Below the pieces are notes generated by a model. It did no database searches, was not told where the DNA came from, and saw nothing but the letters and a program-made list of their open reading frames with translations. DNA of 64,000 nucleotides from the human T2T-CHM13v2.0 reference genome, Homo sapiens: the NCBI RefSeq assembly GCF_009914755.1, contig NC_060929.1; one strand, given 5' to 3'. Below are positions 29,451 to 44,073 of this stretch, one piece after another. Each line of letters opens with the position of its first letter. The stretch's first letter is position 1. Made by a program: the position numbers and the translations under genes.

Positions 29451-29879
29451 CACAGCGCAGTTCTGATGCTTCATGAGCCAGCAGCAGGTTCAGTAGCTGA
29501 GCTGAGGACACAGTGGGGCAGCGCCCAGCTAACTGTTGAAGAAAGGGACAACTGTGGTGTCCAGGGGGTCACAGCTTGTCCTCCCTCCCCACCGGAAGGA
29601 GTCCAGCCCTGCAGATAGAGCACAGGCACTGGAGGCTGTAATAGTAAGAATAGTCCAGTAAAGCAGCTGGACAGAGAATCAGGGTGTCCGGACTGGCGAG
29701 CAGAGCCCAGCCTAGAGGATGCAGAAGTGGGTGCCATGCAGACAGCCGCATGGTCAGGTAAGCTGTGGCTGGGCAATCTCTGCAGAGCAGAGGCCCCACC
29801 AGCCACAGCAGCCTACCAGTCAGTGACTAACAGTTGGGTGCACACAACGAGAAGTGGTATATCCCAGGCTAACACCTCG

Positions 29880-30070
29880 CTGCCTGGTTCAAATGCTGGT
29901 TCTACCCTCTGTAAGCTGGATCACCTTGACCAAGTGACTTAAAGTCTCTGCCTCAGTGTCCAATACCGAACAGAGAGGTTTTGCAGATTCAAAGGAATGA
30001 ATACATATAAAGCACTCGGAGCAGATGCGGGAACATAGACAGTGGGTGGTCATTGTTAGATATTACTATG
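29880..30070 (+). mobile_element. MIR fragment
   Basis: cctggttcaaatgctgg..caagtgacttaa..tctctgcctcagt..atataaagcact. Confidence 0.65.
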
Positions 30071-31697
30071 TACCAAGAATGTTCTGAAGCAGGCCTGGGA
30101 CCCCATTAATTTATTTCGACTCCAAAGAGGCAGAGTCCTTTGTGAGAAGCCTTGGAGCCCCAACAGTAGCCCCATATCCAGCAACCCCTCACACAAACAG
30201 TCCCAGCTCTGAGAGGGAAGAAGACAATCTGCTTTAAGACCCAGGCAATCTGCTTTAAGCTCCGTGGGCAGCAGCGTACAGATAGTGTGTGATAGCCCAC
30301 ATTTCATTTGACAAGACTCCCAATCCCTTCTCTAGGGCTCAACACAAAGAATGGGCACTATCATGGCAGAAGAGGATCCCTTTCCCTCATCTGGTGCTTC
30401 TGAGAAAAGCCATTAAGTTGCTGGAGCTGAAAATATTTGCAAATTCCAGGAGAGTGTTTCCAAAGGAGTACCACGCATTCCCCTTTGCGATTGTAATAAA
30501 ATGCTTGGGTGCTGCCATGGGAATTGCCATCCCCCAAGCCAGTCCTTGGAGCTCCCCAAAGGGAGGGCCACCCTTCTAACCAGAACTTTCCCAGCATGGA
30601 GCCTATCAGCATTTTCATCAACTAGAGAACTGGTGTTCCTTTAAGCCGAATCACAGAGATTAATGTTTCAATTTGCAGCTGCTTAATGGTGTTCTGTGGA
30701 GCCTCTCCCTTCTGTCATTTGCCCCCCGGTTGGCCTGAGGATTTGCAGTTAATGGGGCAGCTAGGGAAGCCTTTCATTTCCCCTTGACTGGGTGTGTTAA
30801 AACGCTGATCTGTTTCTCGATCAGGTCTCTATGTCTTAATCTCAGTCTTGCCCTGATGGAATGTTCCCCTTCATGCTTTACCAAAGCCAGGTATTGAATA
30901 TCTAGAAACCGATAGCTTTGGCAAATGCCCTGCTTGCTTCTTCCAAGAAACCAGTCCCTAAGGGGGTAGATATCTAAAGTAAGCTTAAAACAAGAACATG
31001 CTTACCCCTGCTTACCAATATGATTGCTATCTTTTGCAGTACTGATAGCTCCGTTTGCACCTTTGCTAGGGACATAAGATTAGACAAGAAATGGTTTTGT
31101 TTTGCTTGTTAGTTTCTCCCGAAGCCTCCTTCCCCACCTCCCCAACCCATCACTTTACACTTCTGTTCACTCTCTGTGCACTCTGTTTACTGAGACTCCT
31201 TTCATACGTTTTGTCTTTTTCAGTAAAACCTTTTTTCAGTGACATAATTATATGTTTGTATCTGAGTCTACCAAACAGAATCCAGAAAATCCAGTACAAA
31301 GAGCCTGGAAGTCTGCTCCCTAAGTGCTGGCCTTCTTGCCCAGTGACCTAGCCCACAGAACCAAGGCATCTTTGCTTAGGGCCTGCCCCTGGCCCTGAAG
31401 CTCCCTCATATGAGGGAAAGCTAACTGACTCTGGAGTCTACTCACAGCCATTTGCTGCATTGGAAGGCGGTGGGATTCTCCAACTAGGCAGGGGGACCAA
31501 ACAGAATGCTCCCAGCCAGGGACTTCCCACCACTTCTGCTGAGAGATTTCAGCTGGCGTCGCTCAGAGGGGCTGGAACAATTTGGCTGTCCACAATTTTC
31601 GTATTCTTTTTGGTGAATATGGTTGTCTCCCGGGATTTTAGATGGTGAAGGCAATAGGACTCCTCCCTCACACCTCATTCCTAGAGCCTATATGTTA

Positions 31698-32117
31698 GGC
31701 TATGGTTTGCATATTTGTCCCCTGCAAAACTTATGTTAAAATTTAATCCCCTATGTGACAATATTAAGAAGCAGGGCCTTAAGAGGTGATTGGGTCATGA
31801 GGGCCCTGCCTTTATGAGTGGATGAATCCATTCATGGATTCATGGGTAAATAGCTTATCATGGGAGTGGGACTGGTGGCTTTGTAAGAAGAGGAAGAGAA
31901 ACCTGAACAAAGATGCTCAGCCCCCTCACTATGTGATACCTGCACCACCTCAGGACTCTGCAGAGAGTCCCCACCAGCAAGAAGGCTCTCACCAGGTGTC
32001 CCTCCTTGACCTTGGACTTCCCAGCCTCCAGAACAGTAAGAAATAAATTTCATTCCTTATAAATTACACAATTTCAAGGTATTCTGTTATAAACAACAGA
32101 AAATGGACCTAGAGACA
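31698..32117 (+). mobile_element. MST-family (MSTC/MSTB2-like) MaLR solo LTR
   Basis: gctatggtttg...aatccattcatgga...ctctgcagagagtccccaccagcaagaagg...aacagaaaatggac. Confidence 0.85.
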
Positions 32118-32551
32118 ATTCTCCATGATTCCCTCACTTTCTGCATGTCTTGTTAGCAAGACATTGACTGCCTTTGTTCTGGACTACCTTTTCAAAAGTG
32201 TTTGTATAGTGAATAATCTTGGAAGACAGAGTGTCTCTCTCCAGAGTTTGCTTCCCATTATAAGATATATAAGATCCCGTTTCCCTCAATGAAGGGGTCA
32301 TCTCCTGTAACATAATCCACTCCATGTATTGGTGTCACCTGGCCTTCCCATCACACTTTGGGGATTGAGGCTTGAGGAACTGGGACAAAAATGCTAATAC
32401 TCTGGCTACTGCTTTTGCTGTGAGGGATAAACTGTCCTTCATCTCTGACTGAAGAGTCTCATGTCTTCTACCAACATCCATGAAACTATGGCAGACCACC
32501 TTGTTAACTTGTAAGTAGGGCTAAGTCTCAGACCATTCACAGTTCTTGACA
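32112..32551 (+). mobile_element. LTR40-family ERVL LTR (first bases probably tgttag at 31693-31698)
   Basis: gagacaattctccatg..ttgactgcctttgttctggact...aagtctcagaccattcacagttcttgaca. Confidence 0.75.
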
Positions 32552-34145
32552 ATATATTATAATAACAACAAGTATCAAGCTACCTTTCAGCACACATGTA
32601 AACATTTATTAACAAACAGGCCAAAAAAGTCATGTAATCTGTTCTTTTAATGGGTGAGCTCCTGCTTCTCTGTCCTTTAAGCATGTCAGCAAACACTTTC
32701 CATGAAAAGTTTACCTGAGGTAGATGTGGCCATATTCTAGTGGCAAGATTAAGCTAATATTCTATTTGGATTAGGTGACAGAAGCATCTATCAAGTGGCA
32801 GAACACTGGACTAGACTGAAGCTCTAAACCAAGTATCCCACCACTCCAAAGGGTATTAGGCTTTTGGACTTACCAGAGTCTTGTCTTCTGTTCATGCAAT
32901 TGAATATTTCTACTCAATGCACATAAATAGAATGTCATTCAGCTCCCCAATAAAAAATTTCTAGCATCCCTTATAAGAATTAACAAATTCTCTAAGGCAG
33001 ATCTAGATGGGCCTATTTAAAGTCTACTTATGGTAATGGCCTCTGGGTATGAATTCCAAATTAGGGTCTTTCAAATGCTCACTTACTACCCTAGAGTATG
33101 AATCCCTGATTAGGAGGTAACTTCAAATGTTTGATCTATCCTAGTTTATTATAAGCAGCAAATCATGCTTGGTTCACACTGTCTATTCTGAAGTATGTTC
33201 AATTACAACACTTTAATGGAAGCATTTTGTTTTTTAAAGATACAGCTTCTAGGACACAACTCTTCCCTCTTTCCCTTCTCTTGGGCTTTCTCCATTATAG
33301 GAAAAAAACAGTTGGTTAGTCGGCACTTTTTGGCTTGCAGAGCCAAGGGTCTTTGGCACAAATGGCCTCCGATGAGTGCCAGGTACAGTCTCATGTTATT
33401 CAGTTGATTTATACCCTTAAGCCCAGTTTAAAACCCTAATAACTCTCTTTCTCCTCCCTTCAAGTTACCTAGCTCATTTGCTAGCCCTTGTCATATGGCA
33501 GCCTCCTAGTACACTACCGGGCAGGCTATCCCAGGGTCATGGAATAGAAAGAGTCACAGACTCACATATTTGCAATAAGATGCTGATATTGCACAATGTA
33601 TTAAATTTATTTAAAACACATGGCAAGATGTAAGGGGAACTAGACAGGCTAGGTTAACACACTTAGGGTAAGGTAAATATAAGCCAACTGGGAGGACCAC
33701 ACTGCCTGATTCCTACTTACACAATTGTTCATATGCCTTGTCTCTTTCTCCTCCACATGAGCCTCCTCTGCTACTGATGTGGTTATAAGGACCCAAAATG
33801 AGGTTTAAAAAAAGAGGCCCAGCAAATGTAATGTGCTTGGAGCTAAGATGTGCTCATACTCCACAGAGATCTGAGGGCAAGTAAAGCTGGCTATAGCTGT
33901 AACTTGCCAAACAGCCTGCTGAGCAACTATAGATTTTTATTTGCATTTTTGGGGTCAAGTACACATGGGCCCATAGTGGGTATAATGGATGTTCCTATTA
34001 GGTGCCAATTTAGGGATGGCATAGCTGTCATCCCAGAAGTGACCAAATCATATGATTTAATCTTTCTGTTTCTTCTTTATCTAAAAGTATTCATCTTATT
34101 TGTTCCATTATATATTCCATTCCATTCTTAACACGTCTTTCAGGT

Positions 34146-34187
34146 TACCCACTACCTATATTTAACATATACCCACTACCTATATTT
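34146..34187. repeat. 18-bp direct repeat
   Basis: tacccactacctatattt at 34146-34163 and 34170-34187. Confidence 0.9.
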
Positions 34188-34568
34188 TGCCCACATTGCA
34201 CAGTCTGCTTGCTTCTTCTTTATCTGCATGCCTAACACAGCTAGTGAGTTTTGCCTATATCACATGAGCTACTTGCTTACACAGCAATGTGTGCTTAACA
34301 CATCTTATGAGTTTCAAACATCCTGTTTATTTTTCTTGTATTTTTTGAATATTCTCAATAATATAACCAATAACCAGCACAGATATCCTAAATGAAAATG
34401 TAGACTATAAAATGGTGCATATAATGATTGCAAGTACATAAGAATATGAATGTACATGAATAATAATTGGAAGATAATACATAAAAATAAAAAAATATGC
34501 TGGGGTAGTGGGGTCATGAGTAACTTTTGTTTTCAAAACTTCCTTTGACATCGTTTGTATAATGTGTC

Positions 34569-35055
34569 CTTTTTTAACTTTTATTTTAAATTCAGGGGTA
34601 TGTGTGCAGGCTAGTTATATAGGCAAACTTGCATCATGGGGAGTTGTTGTACAAAATATTTTGCCACCCAGGTATTAAGCCTAGTACCCATGAGTTATTT
34701 TTCCTGATCCTCTCCCTCCTCCCACCCTCCATCCTCTGATAGGCCCCAGTGTGTGTTGTTCCCTTCTATGTGTCCATGTGTTCTCATCATTTAACTCCCA
34801 CTTATAAGTGAGAACATGTGGTATTAGGTTTCTTGTTGCTGCATTAGTTTGCTAAAGATAATAACCTCCAGCTCCATCCATGTTTCTTCAAAGGACATGA
34901 TCTTTTTTTGTGGTTGCATAGTACTTCATGGTGTTATTGTACCACATTTTCTTTATCTGGTCTATCATTGCCATTTAGGTTGATTCCATGTCTTTACTAT
35001 TGAGAATAGCGCTGTGATGGACATACACACGCATGTGTCTCTATGACAGAATATT
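34569..35055 (-). mobile_element. 5'-truncated L1PA (older, ~L1PA11-15) 3' UTR
   Basis: ttttattttaaattcaggggta..cacccaggtattaagcctagtaccc..ctcccacttataagtgagaacatg..cctccagctccatccatgt. Confidence 0.9.
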
Positions 35056-38000
35056 TTCAATAACATTCATTATTTGTAAATAGGCTAAGATTCCATATAA
35101 TCTATATATAATACTCCCTTCTGACTAAGCATGCAAATGAGGAGTATTTAACTGCAAAACCTATCTCAAGTTTAAGGAATTTGAAGAAGTAAATTGAACT
35201 CTTAAGGAAGAGTTTGGACTCTGAACCATTTATTTGTATCTCGAAGAAAAGGCTTTAATGATACAGGCTATTTACATATTTTACAGCACAATTTTTAGGC
35301 AATAGATTTAGCCATAATTTTTTATTTCATTTAAAAATAACTACTGAATACAACCCATCTAGCAATATTTTCTCTTCCTATTTATAAGCCCATTTGAAGT
35401 TTCAAGGTAATACAGAAAAAATCAAAATTATTTATGTGTTTTTGAGTAGAAATTTCCCCTTTGCTTGATTGACTACAGCAAAAACTAAGACTATGGCTCT
35501 AGCTCTATGTTGATTACCTTCTGAGCCAGTTTCCAGAGTGCCAAGCGCCCTTAGTTATGATGCCACAGGTTCATCTCTTACATTCATATTTTACTATAAA
35601 TCAATGGGTCTCTCAAAACAGAGATTTAAAGGGGTCTCAGAGCTTCTAAATCGTTAGAATCTTTTAAAATACAACTGGTTTCCCAATCAGTGTTCAGAAA
35701 TGAGAGCTCCTCAGTGGATTCCAGCTAAAGATCTGCCAAACCCACTTGCAGTTTAGTGAGAACTGAGCTATCCTTTCATCAAATAGCCTGGCAATTTAGC
35801 AAAGTGTGATGACATGAATAGATAGACTCATTCGCATCTTATCTTTTGAATTCTGCTCAACTGCCCAAGTTGAAGAGTGTGTAACTTGAGCAAGGGCAGG
35901 CATCCTTAACTTGAAATTTCCAAATGCCAAGGAAAAAAATTTAGAATGTCCTTGATATGTATGGGGGTTATTTAAAGCACTCAATTGCTCAGACAACTAA
36001 AAGGTCCATTACAGGCAGAAATAATTTTTAAGTTAAGTTTGAGCCTGTTCAAGTAGAGCCTCTCTCCTAGTATTTGTCACTAATAGTAAGTGTCCCAGCT
36101 AATGTACATAATGCTTGTTTTAAATCTTCTCACTCTATCAACATGTAGTGAAGAAAAGCTGTTAGTCCATCATAGTTGTGCTGACCAAAGCAATCATTCT
36201 AGTAAAATCATACTGCATTTTTGTTTGCTCAAAGCCAATTTTTTAAACACCTTATTTGTGTAAAGAAACTTATAAATACAGAAACAGTTTGTTTTAGATA
36301 AACAACAATTCTCACTGAGAACTATAAATTTAGTATTAGTTGGCAAATAATAGTAGGCATATGAATTATATATATGAGAGAAATAGGTTTAAAAAATAGA
36401 TTAGCCACATTACTAAGGGGCTTATACATTATCATGAAAATATTCATCTTGAAGGATTATTTCAACTGGGCTGCCATTTTTTGGAATCATTTTGGAATTA
36501 TTGTTGTCATTGCTTTCAGAGCCATTTTACATGAAGAAGATAATATTAGGATATTACAATTAGGCCTACTTTTTTTACTGAACCTGACTCCTAAGGACTG
36601 TGGATGGTCTTTGAGAATCAATTTACCTTCCAAGCATAAAGACTTTTCCTCACTGAATACAGTCGGAGAAAATGACAGAGGGACAAGGGGGAATTTTCAC
36701 TCCACTTTGGAGCTACTTTGAAAGGGCTAACACTCACTTACTTGGAAGAGTATGCACTGGTGTGTTGTGTTGTTGAAAAATAAATTAGGTCCCTTGCTTC
36801 ATGGTTTCCCTCTGTCCGTGCTGAGAATAAGGGAGCTCTCCTAGCAGACTAGAGTCTCCCACAGAGCACCGTTTCACAGGACTGTGAACAAGAGTGTCAC
36901 AAAGGATCAGAGGGGTTCCTACAGGGCATGCTGCCACTGTGGAGCTAAAGAACAGCTTTCTGGGGCTCCAGCCTTGCTTCAAACCAGCCTTGTGGGGTAC
37001 TCCTGGAAAAGGGACTCTTCTAAGCCTTCTCTGCTTGTTTACTCACCATGCAAAATTGAACCTCCGGTGTGATGGAGCCCAGCATCCCCTCACCACTTGT
37101 TTGGGGCCAAAAAGAAACCCAGGACCAGGAGGATGAGGTTACCCAGTGCCCTGCAGATGGATCAAGAGTTATAACACAGGTCGGAGAACATGCTTCACAA
37201 CCTTTAACTAGTTATTACAGTAACAAAAAGAACAGCCTGGAGAAGCTACTAAACAAAAATAGTGCAGTCTACCTTGAGCCAAAGTGCCCAATCAGGGGCC
37301 AGGAAAGGGGCAAACTAAGTGCCCTTTGTTTTCCAGCCAGGATAACATTCAATTTATAACTGTCCCAAGGACAGAGTAAAAAGTTCAGTTCACAGGATCC
37401 ATCATGCCTTCACAGTAGTCTGTTCCCTCATCTCAGGATTTTAAAAAATCCCAAAGGCAGAATCCCAAACACATACCAAAGTCTTCCCCTATGGGTTCTT
37501 GCTATTGACTCCTCAACTCATGGCCCATTACTACCTAGAGAATAAGAAATGGATTTGTCCAAAGACTTCCACCCCAGTCTATCACTCTCCCAGCCTACGA
37601 CTCTATTTCTCCTTTTTCCCATGGCTAGTCACATAAAAGCAGTGGAGGAACATCTCAGGGTTCGAGGTTAGGCTAACAGACACTGTTCTCTGCAATTCAG
37701 TTAACGGGACTTGCGCTTTCAGCATGAACCAGTTTCCTTCCATGTCCTCACGTTTCCACTCTGCCGCAGCCCCACCAGAGGATCATGCTCCTTTCCAGCA
37801 AGTTCATCTACTTCCACTCCAGGCTTAAATTGAGCACTCTCTGAGCTGCCTTAGTCACAGAAAGCAGGGACCATTCTGCTCGGCCATAGGTCCACTTCTA
37901 GGCTTTACACTCCTACACCTCCTTCCTAGCCTCTTGATCCCAGGCTGGACAACATGCCCTGGATTCTGCCACAGAAAGTCCTCCGGGGAGACAGCCAGGG

Positions 38001-38649
38001 AATAGAACAACTCCTGAGCTTCCCAAGCTGCCTCCTGTTCCCAACACAATCATTCCTCTGTCTGCTCACTGGCCCTCTATAAATTCTTCTTTGCAAATTT
38101 CACAGTTTCTTCTCCTAGGAATTAGCCTTCAACATCACAAACAGGAATACCCCAAATAAATACAGGTCACCAACTATTCCATCCAGTGAATATCCCAATC
38201 TACACAACCTACCCACACAAAGACAGGCACTTGTGTACTTTGCCCCTATTTCCTGGCATGTTTTAATTCCCAAAACATCCATTGATAAATATTTGTGGAG
38301 AAGCAAGCCTCTGGATTTCCCTCCTGATCTGACAGCATACTAAAAAGCATTAGGTTTAAACCCTAATGATGAATACATCAGTAACTCAACAAGACGTTCC
38401 ATAAACATTGGGATTATATTTATTTATTCCACTGGTCACCACAAAGGTCATGCTATTCTTTCCCTCCCAATGCTAATTCCCCCACTTTGCAAACACACCT
38501 GCCACATATTTCTCATCTTGAGGCCTATAGGCTGCACACTTCTTTCAAATATGCCTTGATGCTCTCCTACAAGATATGGCTACACTGCTTATATAACACA
38601 GAATTGAAGCCTTTATACCCCAGGCTTAGAGCCTACATTTGCTCTGGGC

Positions 38650-38793
38650 CAATGCTACTCAAACCACAGGGTAGATCAGAATTACCTGGAGGGCTTGTTT
38701 TAAAGGCAGATTCCTAGGTCCCATCTGCTTTGGATCTTAAGAATCTCCTTTTGTAACAGACCTGTGATTCTAAGAACCACTCTTTGAAAAGCA
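38650..38793. mobile_element. MER5A-like MITE
   Basis: ctactcaaa..atcagaattacctggagggcttgttt..cagattcctagg..ccactctttgaaaagcact. Confidence 0.6.
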
Positions 38794-39347
38794 CTCGTAT
38801 TTGGTGTCTTAGGTGTTTTAATATATTGTAAATCTCTTGAGGCCAAGGCTCACTCCTTGTTCTTCTTTGCATCTTCCATAGGCTTTAGTACAGCTTCCAG
38901 GACACAACAGGCCTTTAATAAATTTAGGACATTTAGGACTTCTTATCACTTACAGTATGTTACATTGATCCTCCAACATTATCATGCCTTTTGTAAGAAT
39001 GCTAAACAAGGAGCTGTTTAAGAAAAAAACAGGTGTGTTTTGAGGTGGTGTGTGTGCAGGGATGATAAATTCATCTTCCCACACTTGCTACTCTCTCTTC
39101 TCATAATAAAACTCCATGTGTGAAGCCTGGCCATTACCTTCTCAGCAGGAGCTAGTGAAATGTTAACTTTTAGCTAGCAATTAGTCGACAGACCCCCAGA
39201 TCACTTATCTATTTTCCCACTGTTTAATCTCTGTCCTCAGAGATGCACTTCTCACATTCCTTTAGAATGACCTGGCTCTTGAAAGCACAAATGCCCAGCC
39301 CTAAATCCAGCCATCCAGCTGAGGGATTTGTAAGAACCACTATAACC

Positions 39348-39385
39348 ATCCTCCTCCTCCTCCTCTTTCTTTTCCTCCTCCTCCT
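39348..39385. repeat. (CCT)n low-complexity tract
   Basis: tcctcctcctcctcctctttcttttcctcctcctcc. Confidence 0.85.
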
Positions 39386-39721
39386 TGGGAAAATGTAAAA
39401 GAGCCAGTGTGAATCCTCACTCCAGTATTTCCTGGTTATTCCTAGCCATAGCATGTGACATGAGCGCAGATGGATTACCCCAGGGACACCAGTGTCCATC
39501 CCAGGATCCAGATAAGAAGAGACAACTCACTCCCAGAGGCATCACTCAAGCCTGGGAAAATGTTCATAGGTGTATCTGGTTTTTTTAAATTTGATATAGT
39601 TGTAACACTTCAACTTCTACTAGAACCCTTATTCTCCAATAGCTGGTGGATATTTTAAGAATACTAAAATTTGGGAGGTTCTTTTACTCCAAATTTAAAG
39701 AAACAATAGGAATTTCAAAGT

Positions 39722-40060
39722 CTTTTTTGTTTTTTTGCATGTGTTTTTTGTTGTTGTTCTTGTTTTTGTTTTTTTTGAGACAGAGTCTCACTCTGTTGCC
39801 CAGGCTAGAGTGCAGTGACACAATCTCGGCTGACTGCAACCTCTGTCTCCCAGGTTCAAGCAATTCTCCTGCCTCAGCCTCCTGAGTAGCTGGGATTACA
39901 GGCATGTGCCACCATGCCCAGCTAATTTTTTTGTGTTTTTAGTAGAGGCAGGGTTTCACCATGTTGGCCAGGCTGGTCTCAAAATCCTGACCTCAAATGA
40001 GCTATACTCCTCAGCCTCCCAAAGTGCTGGGATTACAGGCATGAGCCACCACGCCTGGCC
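39722..40060 (-). mobile_element. AluS (Sz/Sx)
   Basis: Full dimer; TSD ggaatttcaaagt at 39709-39721 and 40062-40074. Confidence 0.95.
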
Positions 40061-40159
40061 TGGAATTTCAAAGTGTTAATACACATAACTGAGCATTTTA
40101 CAAAGGAGTCCTAATGATTCTGTATAATGCATTACATTATATATAGGATTGAAGCCAAC

Positions 40160-40330
40160 ATCTATTGATTAATTATACCAGGCACTATTGTAAGCCCTCC
40201 ATACATAGTGACTTATTAAAACAATACAACAATCCTTGTATGGCAGATGCTATAATTATCCCCATTTAACACATAGGGAAATGAAGCTTAGAGAACGTAG
40301 GAACGTTATACAGGATGCATTTAAGCAGAG
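40160..40330 (-). mobile_element. MIR fragment
   Basis: accaggcactattgtaag..acaacaatcct..attatccccatttaacacatagggaaatgaagcttagaga. Confidence 0.65.
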
Positions 40331-41573
40331 CCAGACTTCTCTGAACACTATGCAGTCATCTACTATGTCCTACTGCAGCAAGGATCTCCAGACCAAAAGC
40401 CAGAGGGCTTACCTCTGTCCCAAATTCCTGCAATGAAACACAGTCTTTGGGAAGACACGTTCATTTTAAAGAAGTACCATGTTTTTCAGACAGGGTGCAA
40501 CTGACATTCTGATTAGGATATTTTTTCATTGTATAGTACTGTCTAGAGTATTAAAAGATGTTCAGCCTCCTTAATCCCAGGATATTAATTGCCAGTACCA
40601 CCACACAATCATTGTACAGCCAAAAATATTGACAAGTAACTCCTGGGGACAGAAGACACCCCTTGCTTAGGATACCTGGAAGGGACAAAAGACAAAATTT
40701 CACTTCAGTACTGTACTGTGTAAGCCAAATAATTTGTTTGAAACTCATGACCTCCCAAGGATGGAAAATGAATGGAGCATAGATCAGCCATGTTTTGATG
40801 GGAGAAGAGCCAGGGACAGGCTTAATGTTGGTTTGATTCACCAGCTGCATGAGTAATGGAAATGCTGGACATTTGTATTACAAGGCACAGAGGAAAGAAC
40901 ATGAGTGTGAAGGTCCCAAAGATGGGGCTTGGAATCTGATGAGGGTTCACAATTTGTCAGCACAAATTAATTTGCCTCTCCAACATCTCAACTCCCTCAT
41001 GTGTAAAGTGGGATGATAATACCTACCCCACAGAGTAACATTGAATGAAATAGCTGATATACAAGTAACTAGAGCTCTCTCTGCTGAGGACAGAAAAGCT
41101 CTAAATAAATTTGAATCCCCTTCCCCCTTCTCTCCCTTTGGCACTGAATCAGTGGTCATAGACGTGGGTTCCAGTCCTGCCCTGCTGTGTGACATCAGCC
41201 ACCTCTCTTCACATCTCTGGACCTCAGGTTCCTTGCCTGTAAGAAGAAATGAAATTAAACTGTCTCTGAGCAAACTTACAAGCTAAAACTATGATCAGAA
41301 CTGGGTTGGGAGGGGGGTGGTGTGGGCACGTGGAGATCCATGAGCCAGGGCAGGAAGACAGAAATGTGAGAGCGCAAGAGCAACCACCGTGAGCAAACCC
41401 CTGCCAGGGCCCCGAGCTCCAGGGACACGAACAGCTCCAGCACTCCCGGAAAGCACTCCTTCAGGCCTAATCACAGGCATTGATTACTTCAATGTAGAAA
41501 CTGCCATCTTAGCAGGATGTCCATCTGTCTCTGCCTCCGCATCAGCTCCTGCCAACAGCATCTCCCCTCCCCA

Positions 41574-42053
<480 letters not shown>

Positions 42054-43170
42054 TTAGTGCTAAGATGGCAATGATGACGACACCCCCAGGGCATGCCACA
42101 CTCCCTGCAGAGCTGCCCCTGGAGCTGCTCTCAAACATAGGTGTGGTCCTGGGCTGTCTTCCTGTTTGCAGCTCTCCCAGCAAATCAGAAGGGCTGAAGC
42201 CCTTGGGACTCCAGGAGGCCTCCCTGTCCTTGCCCCGCCCCCCAGTCACGATAAATTCATTTACATAGTAATAAGGGGAGCTGATGGATTTACTTTCTTC
42301 AGTGACACTCTCCCTGACTGACCGTGCCGGCTCTGCCAAGTCACAGTGTTCTGTGGCCTTGCTCATCATAGCACAGAGCCTTCATCTGAGCACTTCTTGC
42401 TTTGTTCCTAAGGGGAAGTCCCAAGAAGTTGGGGTCAGGGTCAGGAGAGAAAAAGGGAATGGCTCACAGTCATTATAGATTCCCGGTGGTGAATGATGAC
42501 CACAGCCCTGGGACAGACGAAGCTCCCATCCTAAATACAGGCGTTAATAGGGCTGAAATTCACTGACACCCCGAATCTTAGATATTGCCCATCCTGAGCT
42601 CAGAGGACATTTCCAGTCAGGAGATATTTAATTATACATGCAGTTTGCAGGTTCAAAGGGGGCTGAAACCCCAGGCTGTCCAAACTGTGAAGAGGCCTAA
42701 AGATCGATTAGTCCAATCTTCTCATTTGTACTGGAGGGAACCGAGTCTCAGGGAGGTGGAATGACTTGCGCAACCCTGCACAGAGGTAAAACAGAACAAA
42801 GACCAGAACAAGGCTCTGGGACCAGTGCTCCTTCCTCCAGACCAGGCTCCCCAGACCAGGCTAACCTCCTTGGCCAAAGCAAGGAAAACAAGCCCTGGCC
42901 CTTAGGCTTGTGAGATTGGAGAGAAGACCTGAAGAAAAGCAAGACTAAAGGAGAATCTTACACGTGAGTTCTTTCTCTGTCTTCTTTTGGTTATTCTGTT
43001 TTCAAGGGAATTTTTCTTTTGGAAAATTATGAGACTATTTCGGGCTAGAAGATCAGTGTGATCACATGATCTGGTGACAATAATTGCTTAGAGGTAGGGA
43101 AGATGGGTAGGTGAAGGGTGGGGGTGGGGGGCAGGAGGAGGAGGAAGAGGAGAAGGAAGAAGAAGAAGGG

Positions 43171-43340
43171 CTAACACATAGCATTAACTATGTACTTCCT
43201 ACGTGCCACAAGCTTTATAGCCACCAATTCATCTGATCCTCAGAATTCCATGAAGTAGATACTATTAGCATCTCCATTTTACAGATGAGAACACTGAGGC
43301 ACAGAGAAATAAAAGTAGCTGGGCCAAGTCACACAACTAG
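43171..43340 (-). mobile_element. MIR fragment
   Basis: tccattttacagatgagaacactgaggcacagaga MIR core. Confidence 0.75.
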
Positions 43341-43719
43341 GTAGGTTTCATTATAAATGAAAATTGGGCAGACTGCTCAGCATACCAAAGGATACTTCTA
43401 ATTCCTTAATTAAACTCATTTCAGAGAGCTTCCATGTGTCTACACCTTCAGGAAAAAGAACCTTCTAGAATTATTTTTATTCCAGAAAGTAAAACATCAA
43501 CGTCAATTTTGGAATCTGTTTAGAAGCCCTAAATTTTTCAATGACTGTCCTCAAACTAGTCACCAGGTAAAAGAATTTCACAAAGGCAACTGCTCAGAAA
43601 GGGTCTCAGAAACATGACCCCTGCTCACCACATACACACCCCACAGAGAGGGCCCTTGCTCTTCAGCCTTTACTTCAGTGAGATGAGGTCTCTTTTTGAG
43701 CCCCTAAACTTCTACTTAG

Positions 43720-44073
<354 letters not shown>

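Noticed and set aside
31822-31843. Palindrome atgaatccattcatggattcat
   Set aside because: Inherited feature of the MST LTR consensus
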